This document shows positions 62,510 to 64,000 of a stretch of 64,000 nucleotides of DNA, in pieces; the first letter of the stretch is position 1; every line of letters begins with the position of its first letter. The DNA lies in the NCBI GenBank assembly GCA_035480055.1, contig DATIIB010000001.1:19849-83848 (forward strand), in the 5' to 3' direction. The stretch is from Candidatus Saccharimonadales bacterium (lineage in GTDB: Bacteria > Patescibacteriota > Saccharimonadia > Saccharimonadales > DASZAF01). Position numbers and translations under genes: made by a program. The notes under the pieces were generated by a model. It worked only from the letters and a program-made list of their open reading frames with translations, was not told the origin of the DNA and did no database searches.

Positions 62510-63267
62510 TTTCGGAGCTCCTTGCCGGTTAGATCGATGAAGACATCTTCGAGGTTGGCTTGCTGAACGTGCTGCTTCTTTTTGAAGCCGCGGCCAAGCA
62601 GGTCCTTGATTAATTTCTTCGGGGTGTCTAAGGAAATAATTTTGCCATTGTCCATAATGGCGATACGATCACACAGAATTTCGGCCTCGTCCATGTAGTG
62701 GGTGGTAAGGATCACGCTGATGCCACGGTCCCGCACTTCTTCGATAAGTTCCCACAAATTACGGCGAGCTTGCGGATCAAGCCCAGTGGTTGGTTCATCC
62801 AAAAAGAATACTTTGGGGTTATGGACCAGCGCTGCCACAATGCTAAACCGCTGCTTTTGGCCACCAGAAAGATTCTCCACAAAGCTGTTGGCTTTGTCAC
62901 CAAGATTCACTTCTTCGAGGAACTTTTTGGGGTTTACTCGTTCGCCGTAGGCCGCGGCAAACAGAGTGATGAGCTCTGTCAGTTTGGTCTTGTCCTGAAA
63001 GCCAGGCGATTGCGGCTGAACGCCGATCATGGCCCGAATGTCATAAGGGTGCTTGGCCACGTCCACGCCATCGATGGTTGCCGTTCCACCATCAATTGGC
63101 CGCAATGCCTCAATCATTTCGAGCGTCGTGGTCTTGCCGGCGCCGTTCGGGCCGAGGATGCCAAAGATTTCGCCCTTCTTTACTTTAAAAGAAATGCCAT
63201 CAACTACGTTTTTGTTATCGTAAGTCTTCGTCAGTCCTTGGACCTCGAGAATATATTTTTCTAACAT
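62506..63267 (-). CDS. ABC transporter ATP-binding protein
   Basis: Walker A GPNGAGKTT, signature LSGGQKQR, Walker B VFFLDEPTTGLD and the H-loop TTHYM. Confidence 0.93.
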   Translation of the reverse strand: MLEKYILEVQGLTKTYDNKNVVDGISFKVKKGEIFGILGPNGAGKTTTLEMIEALRPIDGGTATIDGVDVAKHPYDIRAMIGVQPQSPGFQDKTKLTELITLFAAAYGERVNPKKFLEEVNLGDKANSFVENLSGGQKQRFSIVAALVHNPKVFFLDEPTTGLDPQARRNLWELIEEVRDRGISVILTTHYMDEAEILCDRIAIMDNGKIISLDTPKKLIKDLLGRGFKKKQHVQQANLEDVFIDLTGKELRK

Positions 63268-63305
63268 ACCATATACACTATACCAAAGTATCTTAGCAAG
63301 TAAAC

Positions 63306-63332
63306 AAAAAGCTCGGACAATCCGAGCTTTTT
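63306..63332 (-). terminator. intrinsic terminator hairpin
   Basis: AAAAAGCTCGGA-CAA-TCCGAGCTTTTT. The 12-bp stem has A/T runs on both sides. On the minus strand it follows the small gene 63350..63550. Confidence 0.65.
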
Positions 63333-63349
63333 GCGAAATCTAGCCGAAA

Positions 63350-63550
63350 CTATTTTTTCTTGAGGGTCAAGAAACCATTGCGTGGGTTCTCTTGTACCAT
63401 GCGGTCGTCTGGAAGTTCGTCAACTGCTTCGTTAGGACGAACGTCTTTCGCAAAGTAGTAAATGCGCTGTACTTTACCGCCGCGCAAAGTGACTTCTTTT
63501 GAGTGCAGGTAGTAGGTGACACCTTTAGAGTTTGTGTGAGAGTAAGCCAT
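63350..63550 (-). CDS. hypothetical small basic protein (66 aa)
   Basis: MAYSHTNSKGVTYYLHSKEVTLRGGKVQRIYYFAK.... An AGGAGG-containing SD (aaaaggaggagtatcacgataATG) lies upstream. No function recognised. Confidence 0.5.
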   Translation of the reverse strand: MAYSHTNSKGVTYYLHSKEVTLRGGKVQRIYYFAKDVRPNEAVDELPDDRMVQENPRNGFLTLKKK

Positions 63551-63628
63551 TATCGTGATACTCCTCCTTTTAATTGCCTTACGTGATTTTACCTTACGCC
63601 GGGCGGTAAACTGTTGTCAACTATTTCG

Positions 63629-64000
63629 TTACTGATGACGACGCAAGATAAGCCTGACAATTTGGGCGGCAATTATCCGGACGATCAAGAGTAACAGAGT
63701 AAGAAACAATGCCAAGACCGCAAAGCCAGCCAGGTCAGGCGACCATGTTGGAGAATAAAACTGATAGCTAAAAAGTTCAGTGGGCGGCGGCTTGATCTGG
63801 GTAATAGGGTCGCTACCTGGTGCTACCTGAGAGGTCTTGTCGATGACACACTGTGCATACGTGACCGTGTTGCTGGCACGGCACTCATCCTGAGCTCGCT
63901 GGTAGGCCGAAGCGTCTGTGGTGCTACCGCTTTTGGCGGCATCGGCAACCTGCTTTTGCACGGCGCGTTCGTAGCTGTACTTAAGCTGGATTGGCTGGCT
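63629..64000 (-). CDS. hypothetical protein with a C-terminal TM anchor (5' end may lie outside the window)
   Basis: The frame stays open to nt 64000, and the track's start at 63961 is a GTG. The C-terminal TM is LAGFAVLALFLTLLLLIVRIIAAQIV. Confidence 0.4.
   Translation of the reverse strand, partial: SQPIQLKYSYERAVQKQVADAAKSGSTTDASAYQRAQDECRASNTVTYAQCVIDKTSQVAPGSDPITQIKPPPTELFSYQFYSPTWSPDLAGFAVLALFLTLLLLIVRIIAAQIVRLILRRHQ

Noticed and set aside
1-64000. CRISPR arrays, rRNA genes, IS elements/transposases, integrases, toxin-antitoxin pairs
   Set aside because: Scanning intergenic regions and ORF translations by eye found no regularly spaced direct repeats, no rRNA-like sequence and no DDE, serine or tyrosine recombinase motifs. 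Intergenic spacers are too short (mostly under 100 nt) to hide such elements.

Overview
This is a gene-dense window of about 64 kb, roughly 90% coding and mostly on the minus strand. It reads like a small-genome, Gram-positive-like bacterium. My guess is Patescibacteria/CPR, Saccharibacteria-like, but this is inference only and cannot be proven from the window. I can support about 60 CDS and 5 tRNAs: Lys-UUU, Val-CAC and all three functional kinds of CAU tRNA. I also support a SAM-I-type riboswitch in front of metK, three CIRCE operators on an hrcA-grpE-dnaK-(orf)-dnaJ heat-shock locus, and several intrinsic-terminator hairpins. I saw no rRNA, CRISPR array, transposase, integrase or reverse transcriptase. 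Housekeeping genes include ruvC, yebC, comEC, lepA, murJ, ftsH, tilS, metK, tatAC, a P-type ATPase, ABC exporters and helicases. The main candidate for an undescribed system is a tightly packed seven-gene minus-strand operon at 14820->8387. It alternates ATP-grasp ligase paralogs with two divergent DUF1704/MATCAP-like (HEIGxH...EGLG, 'QEGLA-type') metallopeptidases. It ends in a canonical RimK, a DUF192 protein and a 4-TM protein. A 435-aa protein with a PP-loop-like NGGGKDG motif and a CxxCPKC motif is transcribed divergently from it, only 40 bp away. I interpret this as a possible multi-enzyme system that writes, erases and possibly edits C-terminal amino-acid tails. Other observations: (1) a 141-nt near-perfect three-way-junction element plus a terminator-like hairpin in the leader of an operon encoding a tail-fibre-like surface protein and a HasA/NodC-like synthase; (2) a Tat system followed by a 74-aa Tat-signal mini-protein; (3) a secreted SH3b-amidase with an overlapping small membrane protein; (4) an operon of membrane protein, stand-alone ATP-cone, SthA-like flavoprotein and His-rich protein; (5) a UvrD-like helicase next to an Endonuclease-Q-like gene. 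All functional calls come from motif recognition by eye; no database search was run.
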